Assembly (NCBI RefSeq): GCF_008065095.1
Contig: NZ_CP042911.1
Coordinates: 7,920,001-7,952,000, forward strand
Source of the DNA: Gemmata obscuriglobus
GTDB taxonomy: Bacteria > Planctomycetota > Planctomycetia > Gemmatales > Gemmataceae
Length of the DNA stretch: 32,000 nt
Reading direction: 5' to 3'
This document shows positions 7,996-17,200 of the stretch, in pieces (within the stretch, counting starts at the first letter, position 1; each line of letters begins with the position of its first letter). The notes under the pieces are model-generated. The model had not been told where the DNA came from and made no database searches. It worked only from the letters and a program-made list of their open reading frames with translations. Position numbers and translations under genes: made by a program.

Positions 7996-8922
7996 TCAAA
8001 GGTCAACGTCGAACACCGCGAACTGCTTGTTACTGCCACCGACCGCACAGGTGAGGCCGTCGGGCGAGAAGGTGAGGCACGTGGCCCGAGTACCCAGTTG
8101 AAAATCGAGCGCGCGGAGCGCCGCGCCGGTGTCGAGGTCGAACAGCGTCGGGTGCCCGCTGTCGTTTATGGCGGCGAACACCCGCGCGGTTGGGTGAAAC
8201 GCGGTGGTCTCGTACCGGTTACGCCCGCCAAGCCGGACCGCCGGCCCGACCGTTTCGCCGCGGGCGGCATCCCATCTCTGAACGTGCCCCAAGTGGAACA
8301 ACATAAGTGACTGCCCGTCCGGGGTGAATTTTACGCGGTTCATACCGAGGGCCTGGTCCCGCGGGATCGGGAACCGCGCCGACACAACTCCTGTCACCGG
8401 GTCGAACAAGACGACGGCCTCCATGACATACAGCACTGCGACGGTGCGCCCGTCCGGGCTGAGGTCGTAGCTCCAGATGCCTTTCTCAAACGGCCCGGCA
8501 AACACAGCGCCGGGCTCTCGGCCGTTGGGCACCCAGACCAACAGGCTGCGACAGTCTTCGGCCGCGTAGACGACCCGAGGTTCGGTCCCGGGAAGCGGGA
8601 CCATTTCGCGCACGGCAGGCAAGTCCAACCGGTCGCGCGGGATGCCCGGCAGCTCCAATCGCGCGCGTTCGGCTCCCGTTTCAAGGTCGTACGCCCGCAT
8701 CGCGCGGCCGACCAGGGCGACGAGGTAACGCCCCGCACCGGCGATGAACAACCGGACGATCGCCGCGTGGTCGTTGCGCGTGAGCTTGAACAAAGGGCGG
8801 CAGGTGCGTGTGATCGTGTCCCAAGCGGTCACCGCGCGGCCGCGGTCCGCAACGTATAGTGTCCGCCCGTCTGGTGCAAACGCTATCGCCGCCACCCCGG
8901 CCGCGAGCTTTTGAACCCACAT
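7996..8922 (-). CDS. Beta-propeller repeat protein (WD40/PD40-like), 308 aa
   Basis: C-terminal part of ORF 7996..10194, starting at MWVQKLAAG. GGAGGGGA lies 3-10 nt upstream. Repeated xPDG(R/Q)(T/S)L...D blades are present. No signal peptide. Confidence 0.75.
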   Translation of the reverse strand: MWVQKLAAGVAAIAFAPDGRTLYVADRGRAVTAWDTITRTCRPLFKLTRNDHAAIVRLFIAGAGRYLVALVGRAMRAYDLETGAERARLELPGIPRDRLDLPAVREMVPLPGTEPRVVYAAEDCRSLLVWVPNGREPGAVFAGPFEKGIWSYDLSPDGRTVAVLYVMEAVVLFDPVTGVVSARFPIPRDQALGMNRVKFTPDGQSLMLFHLGHVQRWDAARGETVGPAVRLGGRNRYETTAFHPTARVFAAINDSGHPTLFDLDTGAALRALDFQLGTRATCLTFSPDGLTCAVGGSNKQFAVFDVDL

Positions 8923-8933
8923 CGTCCCCTCCG

Positions 8934-10007
8934 CTACTGTTCGTCCTCGTCTGCACCGTCCGATGCGTCGCCGTCTTCCGCGATGTTGGCCTTCATCACC
9001 TCCGCGAGCAGCACCGTCGCGTAGCTGCCCGCCGGGAGCGTGAACGACAGCCGCAACCCGTCCGCCTCCCACGCGGAGGTGAGGTCGTCGAGGTAGACGA
9101 TGTTCTGGCGCCGGGTGCCCATCACCAGTTTGCCGAACCCGGCGAACGACGCCACCGAGAGCTTGTTGTCGCTCAGCACGACGGCCTCGCGTTCCGCCGC
9201 CACACCGGCCCCCGGGAACGTTTTCTTCCCGAACATCGGCCCGGCCGTCACCGTTTCGCGCGCGTCGAACCGCGCCTGCTCCGCGGGCACGTCCTGCGCG
9301 ACGAACATCCCGCCGAACGGCCACTTCGTCATCACGTCGCCGTCGAGTACGGTGCGGAACAGCCCGTCCTTCATCCGGCGCGAGAGGTAGTCGTTGAACA
9401 GCAGCGACTGAACCGCCGAGAGCGCGAACCGGAAGAGAAACGGACGGATGCGGCGCGGCGCCTTGCCCGCGAGGCACTGGAAGCCGAGGTCCACGGTGCC
9501 GCCGTCGCGGCCGAACCGCTGGGGGCCGTAGTAGTTCGGCAGCCCCTGGGTGCGGATGCGGTCCAGGATCGCGTCCGCGGGCGCGGAGCGATCGGCGTCG
9601 CGGATCAGAATGGTGAACTTGTTGCCGCGCAGGTGACCGGGCTTCAGCTTGTTCGCGTGCAGCCCTGTTTTCAGCACCCGCACGCCGTCGCCGTCGAGTT
9701 TGCCGACGCGGGGCTCGCACTCGCGCGGCACGGACACCCACTGCCGGGTGACCGCGTGGCGGTCCTTGAGGCCCGCGGTGCCGACGTTCCCGGGGTGCGT
9801 GCCCAGCTTGCGCGCAATAGTCTGGGCGAAGAACTCCGGCGCGACGCCCTTCTTTTCGACCCAGAGGTACAGGTGGTCGCCCGAGCCGCTCGGCTCGTAG
9901 GAGGGCACCTCTTCGACCTCGAAGTCTTCGTCGCGGGCGCGGATGCGCCCGCCGACCCCCGGCAGGTCGGCGGTGAACAGCGGGGGACTCATCGCGGGGT
10001 GTTGCAT
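8934..10007 (-). CDS. truD: tRNA pseudouridine synthase D
   Basis: ORF 8934..10211 trimmed to MQHPAMSPPLF (9992 is an alternative start). FEVEEVPSYEPSGSGDHLYLWVEKKG and GTAGLKDRHAVTRQW (catalytic Asp motif) are present. About 358 aa, typical for TruD. Confidence 0.85.
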   Translation of the reverse strand: MQHPAMSPPLFTADLPGVGGRIRARDEDFEVEEVPSYEPSGSGDHLYLWVEKKGVAPEFFAQTIARKLGTHPGNVGTAGLKDRHAVTRQWVSVPRECEPRVGKLDGDGVRVLKTGLHANKLKPGHLRGNKFTILIRDADRSAPADAILDRIRTQGLPNYYGPQRFGRDGGTVDLGFQCLAGKAPRRIRPFLFRFALSAVQSLLFNDYLSRRMKDGLFRTVLDGDVMTKWPFGGMFVAQDVPAEQARFDARETVTAGPMFGKKTFPGAGVAAEREAVVLSDNKLSVASFAGFGKLVMGTRRQNIVYLDDLTSAWEADGLRLSFTLPAGSYATVLLAEVMKANIAEDGDASDGADEDEQ

Positions 10008-10153
10008 GGTCGGTCCGGTCGGGTGAAAGCGACATTGTACCGCCGGACCGCGCGTTCCGTCCGCCGCGGCGCTTGCGGCACCCGGCAGCGCGTGCCATAA
10101 TCCTCCCCGCGCCGCGGATTCCCGCGGCGCGCCTCTCACCACAGGGCACGCAC

Positions 10154-10492
10154 ATGTACACCGCGTTCCGCGCGCTCGCGCTGTCCGCCGCCATCGCCGC
10201 ACTGGTCGCATCCGGCGGCGGGCTCGCCCCGGCGCTTCAGAAAGACAAGGACAAGAAGCCCGAGGACAAAAAGGCCGTCGATAAGAAAAGCGACGACGTC
10301 GGGACGGTCGAGGTGTGGAAGGCCAAGGACGGGTGGCGGTTCAAGGTGCTGAACGCGAGCGGCAAGGCGATCGCCGGCAACTACGTCCCGCACGAGAAGA
10401 AAGAGGACGCGCTCAAGGAGGTGGAGTTGCTCAAGGCGACGCTCGCCAAGGGCAAGGTGGAGGTGAAGGACGAGAAGGGCAAGGACAAGTGA
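10154..10492 (+). CDS. Exported YegP/DUF1508-like protein with Lys/Asp-rich flanks
   Basis: Internal ATG of ORF 10073..10492. The N-terminus MYTAFRALALSAAIAALVASGGG looks like a signal peptide. The core VEVWKAKDGWRFKVLNASGKAIAGNYVPHEKKEDALKEVELLK resembles a single DUF1508 repeat. Confidence 0.6.
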   Translation: MYTAFRALALSAAIAALVASGGGLAPALQKDKDKKPEDKKAVDKKSDDVGTVEVWKAKDGWRFKVLNASGKAIAGNYVPHEKKEDALKEVELLKATLAKGKVEVKDEKGKDK

Positions 10493-10503
10493 CCGAAGCG
10501 GTC

Positions 10504-10545
10504 GTGAAACGCTCGGCGGCCGGTCGGAAGCACCGAGCGTTTCAC
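10504..10545. terminator. Bidirectional hairpin between convergent genes
   Basis: Perfect 13-bp inverted repeat: GTGAAACGCTCGG (10504-10516) and CCGAGCGTTTCAC (10533-10545). It sits between stop 10492 (+) and stop 10551 (-). Confidence 0.55.
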
Positions 10546-10550
10546 CTCGC

Positions 10551-11558
10551 TCAGTCGAGGTTGATGACCGCGCCGTCCGCGATCGGTCCCATGTTCAGCC
10601 ACGTGGCCGGGTCGATGTTGTTGCGGATGAACCGCACGCTGGCGTCGCCGAGGCACGTGTTCGCCCCGCCGCTGTGCCGGCTCCGGCTGTAGTAGACGAT
10701 CGGGTTGGCCGAGTCGCTGGCCGCACACGGCAGCCCTTGCGCGGGCTGGTTGTTACAGTAGGTGGCAAAGGAGATCCGGTCCGGGGTCGCGGTGTTCGGC
10801 GGTTGGAACGTGCTGAACCCGGCCGCCTCGCCGTACCAGGTGAGCCCGCGGAAATCCTTCCCCTGGCTCTGGAGCACTTCGCCGATCATTACCGTGTTCG
10901 TGAGCCCGTCCGCCACGTCGATCAGCCGGGTGAACCGTACGTTCGGTGCCTGCGTTGCGGTCACTCCCGCGCCCGAGAGGATCGTTGCGGGTGCCAGCGC
11001 GTCGAACATGCCGGCCTGCGGCGTGTACCCAGCGGGAGAGGGGACCACGGCCCCCAAGCCCCCGACCGTACTCCGGTTCCCCGCGCACACGGCGTAGTTG
11101 TTGGTCGTGATGTTGCTGTACGGGGTGTTGTCGTTGTCTCCCGGACACGTCAGAACGGAATACCGGCGGGTGGTGACGTTGGTCGTGTTCGGGGCGGTGC
11201 TGAACCGGGGAGGCGTGCCGGGGACGCCCGGAGCCGGGTAGTTCGAGTTGAAGTTGTCGTTGCCGCCCCAGTTCTGGTACAGCTTGAACGCGTTTTCAAG
11301 CTCGACATAGGGCATGATCGTAACGACCCAGGTGCCCCAGCAGCACCCGCTCCCGAGCATCGCCGGCAGCTTGCCGTTGCCGCCGTTGTCGTGGTAGTTG
11401 TGCATCGCCAGCCCGAGTTGCTTCAGGTTGTTCTTGCACTTCATGCGGGCCGCCGCCTCGCGCACCTTCTGGACCGCCGGCAGCAGCAGCCCGATCAGGA
11501 TCGCAATGATCGCGATCACCACCAACAGCTCGATGAGCGTAAAGCCCCGCCGCTTCAT
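10551..11558 (-). CDS. DUF1559 protein with an N-terminal prepilin-type cleavage/methylation motif
   Basis: [57 protein letters not shown] is the hallmark planctomycete DUF1559 N-terminus. The C-terminal ...[15 protein letters not shown] tail also fits. Confidence 0.9.
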   Translation of the reverse strand: MKRRGFTLIELLVVIAIIAILIGLLLPAVQKVREAAARMKCKNNLKQLGLAMHNYHDNGGNGKLPAMLGSGCCWGTWVVTIMPYVELENAFKLYQNWGGNDNFNSNYPAPGVPGTPPRFSTAPNTTNVTTRRYSVLTCPGDNDNTPYSNITTNNYAVCAGNRSTVGGLGAVVPSPAGYTPQAGMFDALAPATILSGAGVTATQAPNVRFTRLIDVADGLTNTVMIGEVLQSQGKDFRGLTWYGEAAGFSTFQPPNTATPDRISFATYCNNQPAQGLPCAASDSANPIVYYSRSRHSGGANTCLGDASVRFIRNNIDPATWLNMGPIADGAVINLD

Positions 11559-11606
11559 GAATCACACCTCTAATGAATGAACGAACGCGGCGTGCGGTGC
11601 CGCACG

Positions 11607-12050
11607 TTATTTGAGGTCGAAACTGATCTCGTTGCCTGCCCCGGCTTTGATCTCGGCCGAGAGTTCGGTGCGCGTATTGTATTTGGCCGGAAGGTATTCT
11701 TTGGCCGGGTTCGAATAATCGCCGGGTCCCTCGTCAGCCGGGCGCGCCGGGGCCTTCGGGTCCGGCGAGCAGACGGTCACCTGGTACTGACCGGCGGGGA
11801 GGCCCGAAACCGCGGGAATGTTGTAGCGGCCCTCGGCGATGGTACCGACCGCAATGTGTGCCCGGTCGGGCGAGCGGAACGTGATTGTCCCGGCCTTGAG
11901 CGGCTCGCCCCTGTACTGAACGGTGCCCGTGACGGGATACTTCTTTGGCTCGGACGAGCCGCAGCCCGAAAGCAGGACGCACACCAGTGTGAGAACGGCC
12001 GCGCCACGCAAGGGCTGGACTCGGTGCGCGAGTGTGAACGCTACAAGCAT
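11607..12050 (-). CDS. Small lipoprotein, carboxypeptidase-regulatory-like fold; frequent DUF1559 partner
   Basis: Lipobox LLSGC is present. VTGTVQYRGEPLKAGTITF...GRYNI...LPAGQYQVTV is an all-beta pattern. It lies 48 nt upstream of the DUF1559 gene on the same strand. Confidence 0.65.
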   Translation of the reverse strand: MLVAFTLAHRVQPLRGAAVLTLVCVLLSGCGSSEPKKYPVTGTVQYRGEPLKAGTITFRSPDRAHIAVGTIAEGRYNIPAVSGLPAGQYQVTVCSPDPKAPARPADEGPGDYSNPAKEYLPAKYNTRTELSAEIKAGAGNEISFDLK

Positions 12051-12075
12051 CGCGTTAGCAGCGGACGTTGGTTGT

Positions 12076-12102
12076 CCCGCACCTGAGGCATAACGGTGCG
12101 GG
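12076..12102 (-). terminator. Hairpin downstream of the C45 peptidase gene
   Basis: CCCGCACC (12076-12083) pairs with GGTGCGGG (12095-12102) around an 11-nt loop. No U-tract. Confidence 0.3.
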
Positions 12103-12187
12103 GTTGTGAGCGATAGGAAAAGGTAGCTCGCTCCTCAAACGGGACGCAAGTGCCAAACGGGTGAAAGCACCCACATTTCGTGCGGCC

Positions 12188-13627
12188 TCACTTCCTCGCC
12201 GGCGGGTCCGCCGTCAGCACGGTCCACGGGTGCGGTTCGAGTGCGACGATCTCCGGGTGGTCCCGCAGTTGCTCCGGCGTGGGCTTCCACACCTTCCCGG
12301 TCGGGGGGCCGTAGAGCGCGTGGGTGGAGAGCTTCGCAGCCAGCGCCGCCGTCGTGTACTTCGCGTCCAGCGCCGTGTCCTGCGCGAGCACCTCGTTGGT
12401 GAACGCCTTCTTGGCGAACGCGGCGTCGATCTTGCCGGCGTGCGCCTTGTACAGCGCCAGCCACTCCTTGTCGCGCTCGTCAGGCTCCCACTCCGTGCCG
12501 GTCGGCCGGTCGGCGTCGTCCGCGGGGAGCGCCTCGAGGCGGACCGCCCGGTCTTTCGCGTTGTTGCAGCCCCAGTAGAACCCCTTCGTGCCCCCGAACC
12601 ACTGGTCCTTGGAACTGCGCCACAGCTTTTGGGCCTTCGTGCCCAGCTCGAACATCGCGATCTCGTTGGTCTTCAGGTCGCCAACGAGCCACTCGTTCGC
12701 ATACAGCCCGTTGTTCTTCTCGGACAGCGCCTTCACCACCGTGTCGATGCCCTCGGCGTACTGGATCGCCTTCCGGGTGCGGCTCGCGAGCGGCACCCCG
12801 CCGGCGTCGAACGGGGTCTGGTCGATGGTCGTCTCGCACAGCAGCACGCCGGCGTCGTTGATGTAATAGTCCTGGCTCGACCACACCCCGCCCGGGAACG
12901 CCTGCATCACGAACCGGCGGCCCTTGTGCGGCGCCACGTCGATCCAGTAGTTGACGAACGGCCCGGCGGTGAGCCCGGCCATCGTGATGTGCCCGAACAC
13001 GATCTTCCCGTCGGCGGTCGCCGGGCCGGTCGCGATGAACGCGGAGCAGTGGTCCACCTTTTTGGGGCGCGGGGCCGGCGCGCGAGGCCGCCCGGGGCGG
13101 GGGAACGTCTTCCCCTCCAGCCCGGTCGGCATGGTGTGCAGCGCGGACTCGAGGCTCGCCAGCTCCATCTGCACGTTGAGCACCGCGACATCAAGCAGGT
13201 CGATGTCGCGCCCCTCGTAGCTGGCGCCCGCGTCGGTGGCCCCGTCCGCGATGCCCTTCATCTCCTCGAGCAGCTCGGAATCGATCTTGCGGAGGAACGC
13301 GGCGTTCGTGATCAGCCGGACGGCCTTCCACCCGTCGGCGGGCGCCTTCGGGCTGCACTCGGTCGCGAGCATCCGGACGTACGCGGCGATCTCCTTCGCG
13401 AGCAGCCGTCCGTGCTGGTACCCGCGGGGGTACGGCTCGCCCTCGATGTGCAGCACCACCCAGCCGTCTTGCGTGTACCGGTAGGCCGGGCCGTAGCGGT
13501 TCGGGTCGGCGGCGGGTTTCGGCACCGGATCGGCCGCGGCGGGCTGGACCGGTGCGGGCGGTGCGGGCGGTGCGGTCAGCACCAGGGGTGCGAAGCCGAG
13601 CGGCAAAACGAGTGCGAGCCAGCGCAT
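12188..13627 (-). CDS. Secreted C45-family / Ntn-hydrolase peptidase (acyltransferase-like)
   Basis: Signal peptide MRWLALVLPLGFAPLVLTA is present. VLHIEGEPYPRGYQHGRLLAKEI and the presumed autoprocessing nucleophile context VDHCSAFIATGPATADGKIVFGH match my memory of C45/phospholipase-B-like Ntn hydrolases. Confidence 0.65.
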   Translation of the reverse strand: MRWLALVLPLGFAPLVLTAPPAPPAPVQPAAADPVPKPAADPNRYGPAYRYTQDGWVVLHIEGEPYPRGYQHGRLLAKEIAAYVRMLATECSPKAPADGWKAVRLITNAAFLRKIDSELLEEMKGIADGATDAGASYEGRDIDLLDVAVLNVQMELASLESALHTMPTGLEGKTFPRPGRPRAPAPRPKKVDHCSAFIATGPATADGKIVFGHITMAGLTAGPFVNYWIDVAPHKGRRFVMQAFPGGVWSSQDYYINDAGVLLCETTIDQTPFDAGGVPLASRTRKAIQYAEGIDTVVKALSEKNNGLYANEWLVGDLKTNEIAMFELGTKAQKLWRSSKDQWFGGTKGFYWGCNNAKDRAVRLEALPADDADRPTGTEWEPDERDKEWLALYKAHAGKIDAAFAKKAFTNEVLAQDTALDAKYTTAALAAKLSTHALYGPPTGKVWKPTPEQLRDHPEIVALEPHPWTVLTADPPARK

Positions 13628-13796
13628 AAGCGATCGGCCTCAGCGGATCGGGGCGGACAACGGTTCAGAGCGTTCAGCATCGCACACCGGCGCGGCGTTG
13701 GGAACGGCAATTGCTGGGCCGCCGGGCGTGAAAGCGCCCGGCTCGGGGTGTGATGGGTCGGGCGCCCGTGGGTGAGTTCACAACGGAGGACGTGCG

Positions 13797-14203
13797 ATGC
13801 GTCAAACGCTGTTCGTCGCGCTGGTGAGTGCCACGGTGGCGCCGGGGCCGGCTCAAGAGCGGCAACCGCCGCCGGTGCGCCCGGCCGCGCGGCTGGCCCA
13901 GGTGGAAGAAGAGGCCGAGGTGCTGGAGGCCGAACGGGACGTGAACAAGGCGCACATTAAGGCGGCCGAGGTCGGAGTGAAAGCGGCGGAACTCGGGGCG
14001 GTGCGACTCAAGAAGGCGCTGGGCGGCGGAGCCCTGGCCGTCGAGGAGTTCGATCGGGCGAAACTGGAGGTCAAGATGGCCCTCAACTGGAGATCCGCCT
14101 CGCCGAGCTGAAGGCGTTCGACGTGCGGCTGAAGTTCGCCCGGAAACGCGTGGAGGACGCGAAAAGTGCCAGCCCGCCGCCGTCCGGTAAGGCACCGAAT
14201 TGA
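13797..14203 (+). pseudogene. Secreted coiled-coil protein with an apparent 1-nt frameshift near 14084/14085
   Basis: ORF 13797..14111 has a signal-like N-terminus and heptad-like AEVLEAERDVNKAHIKAAEV. It ends ...KLEVKMALNWRSASPS*. The other frame continues coherently as LEIRLAELKAFDVRLKFARKRVEDAKSASPPPSGKAPN* and stops at 14201-14203. Confidence 0.45.
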
Positions 14204-14247
14204 ATGTGGGAATCGGCAGCACTGATGGCACCAAATCCCCCAAGGTT

Positions 14248-14275
14248 ACCCCCGCCTGCATCAGCAAGCGGGGGT
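14248..14275. terminator. Hairpin between convergent stops (coiled-coil gene and A2M gene)
   Basis: ACCCCCGC (14248-14255) pairs with GCGGGGGT (14268-14275) around a 12-nt loop. Confidence 0.35.
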
Positions 14276-14296
14276 GCGTCGCTACCGCACTCGCGG

Positions 14297-17200
14297 TTAC
14301 TCGTTCCCGGCGGCCGGCGCGATCCGGATCGACAGCGGCTCCACCCAGTGCTTGTGGTCCGCGTCGTAGTAGAGGTACCCGCGGCTCGCCGGCCCGCGGT
14401 ACGTTCCGGGCACGTCGCACACCAAGTCGATGCTCAACTCGACCTTCTGCTCGGGGGCCAGCTCGCGCCAGTACAGCACCAGCTCGCGCGAGCCCTTCAG
14501 CTCGAAGTACGCGACGGCGCCTTTCTCCCGCAGGTCCGTGAGCTGCTTCAGGTCGGTGGGCACCTTCATCCCGGCCGGGATGCCGATCACCGCCGTGGTC
14601 ATCCCCTGGCCCTGCTTCTGGCGGTTCTCCAGCGTGACCGCGAGCGGCACCGTGTCGCCCTCGGCCGCTTCCGCACTCGCGAGTTTGGTCGCGATGCGCA
14701 CCGCGCACCGCTCCGCGCTCAAGGGCGTCAGGGTGGTGTAGGTGTAGCTCAGGGCGAACGGGTACGGCTGTTTCGCGTCCGTGGCGATCGCGATCTCGTT
14801 CCGCCCCCCGAGCTTGAAGACGGTTTCGGGGTTCGGCACGTCCAGCCCGATCACGTCCACGTCGTTCGGGGTGAACGTGCGGGTCGCGGCCACCGTGCCG
14901 TCTACCAGCAGGCGCAGCTCCCCGGCCTCGGCCGGGTGCTTGTTCTTCTGGGCGTGCAGCGCCAGCGCTTTCAGCGCCATGATGGTCGACTGCGTGGACC
15001 CGAACCCGCCGTAGCCCCCGCGCTGCTGCGCGATCCACTTGATCGACTCCTTCGCGGCGGTCGCGTAGCTCGGGTCGTTCGCCCGGAGCCAGCCCAGAAG
15101 CGCAAGCGCGGTGGTTTCGATCTGGAGGTCGCGCCCGCCGGACCGCGTGATGCTCATGATCCCGCCGGTCACCGCCCCGCCCTTCGCGTGCTTCTCCTTG
15201 AGCCGGTCGAGCAGCTTGTGGCCGGTCTCGCGGTCGCCGCGGAGCAGCGCCACGTTGGCCGCCAGCGCCACCGTGTACGCGTCCCTGCCGGTCGCGGAGT
15301 TCTCGTCGAGGGCCGCGGTTTTCAGTGCCGTGATTTCGGTCCGGAGGTCGAGCTTCTCCTTGTCCTCGGGGTCGCTCTCGACCAGCGCCCAGACGATGTA
15401 GGCGTCGGTGGTGGGCTTCGGGGAGCCGCCGAACCCGTCGAGCGCGCGGGCGTTCCGCAGGAACCCGCCCTTCCCGTCCCGGCGCGACAGCAGGAACGCC
15501 TGTGTGCGTTTGATTAGTTCCGGGTCCACCGGGTGAACGCGGGCCATGTCCTTGAACTGCAGGAGCCCGTACGCGGTGAGCGCCTCGTGCTGGCTGTCGG
15601 CCTTCCCGAACCACTCGAACCCGTGCTTAACGCGGTTCGGGGTGTCCGGGCACTCGAACGACGTGAGCCGGCCGTACCCCCGGTCGAGCAGCCCCCGCGC
15701 CCGCGTCGCGGCCTCGGGGTTGGCCTGGTTCGACTGGTTCAGGTAGTCCAGGATCAGCGCGTTCGGGTAGTTCGTGGTGGAGGTCTGCTCGAAGCACCCG
15801 TGCGGCTCACGGAGCAGCCCGTCGAGCCCCTTCACCAGATCGGACATCGACGTGGGGTACATTTCCAGGCGCACCTTGAGCGTCCCGGGCACCACATCCT
15901 TCGGGAGCGTGACGCTGCTGGTCGCGCGGCCCTTCTCGAGCATGTCGCTGAACGCGCCCACCCCCGGGAACCCGTCCGGCACCACGCGGACGGTCCGCCG
16001 GATGACGTCCTTATCGGCGGCCGGGATGCTGGTGCCCTCGATCACGAGGCTCGCCGGACCGTCGCGCGTGTCGGCGTTCAGCTTCAGGAACTGGCGGCCC
16101 GATTTGAACGGGTCGAGGTTGATCGCGCCTTTCAGCGAACCGTCCGTCTTGAAGCCCGTTGCGGTGGTCGCGAACGCCACGTTGCGGCGCACGGCGCTGT
16201 CGTTGGTGACGCGTACGGGCACGTCGATGGTGTCGGTGTGGGCGACCTCCAGCGGCAGCTTCGGGTCGAGGCTGAACGGCTTGCGGGCCTCAATGGTTTT
16301 CGTGATCGCGCCGACGCGGCCGTCGAGCGTGTGCCCGGCGACCAGCACCTGATAGCGGGCGATGTCGTCGGAGAGCTGGAACTCGACGCTTGCTGTCCCG
16401 GTCGCCGGCAGCACCAGCACGGGGTGCCAGTACACGGTTTCGGCGAAGTCGGCTCGCACCTCGCCCAGCGCCGGGTCGCGCTCGTGGGCGTACTCGCGCA
16501 CAACGGATGGCGTGACCGTCGGTGTGACCGGCCGTGCTGTCGACTGTGCCACCGGGTCGAGCACCGGCGCCTCTGGGAAACCGTCTCGTACCGGTGGCCC
16601 GAGAGCCACCTTGCCACCCACGGGTCGCTGGGCAAGCGCGTGGGCGAGCCATTCCTTTTCGGGCGACGGCTTGACTCCTACCTGTGGGGGCGTCCGTTGG
16701 TTGCGGTCGAGTACGAGGCCGCGACCGGCCGGGAAGAAGCCGGCTGGAGCGGGTGAGCTTGGAACGCCCACCGGCGTCGGTCCCTTGGGGGCGGGCGTGC
16801 CGCCCGCCAGGTCGATCCCCTTTCGTGGTCCCTGCGGACCAATTCCCGTGAGGGGAACCGGAGCCATCGGCGCGGCTTCCATCGCCGCTCGCGCGTCCGC
16901 TTCAAGCGGTGACTTCCGGAAGAACAGCTCGCCGCCACCCGCACCCGGCGGCTTAATCGAACTGCCCACGAACTCAAACGTGGGGGCGGACTTCTTCGCA
17001 CTCGTCACGGACTTCACGGCAATCAGCACCAGGACTCCAAGCACCACAAGACCGGCCGTTACCAGTGTCGCGCGGGAGCGGCCGGCTCCGGTCGCCGCCA
17101 CGAGGCCCTTGAACCCCAGGAACGCGAGCGTCAGGACGAGCACGACCGTGAGCACCGGCACGGCCGCGTCGCGCGCTGTATCGAAACGCTCGCTGTACTC

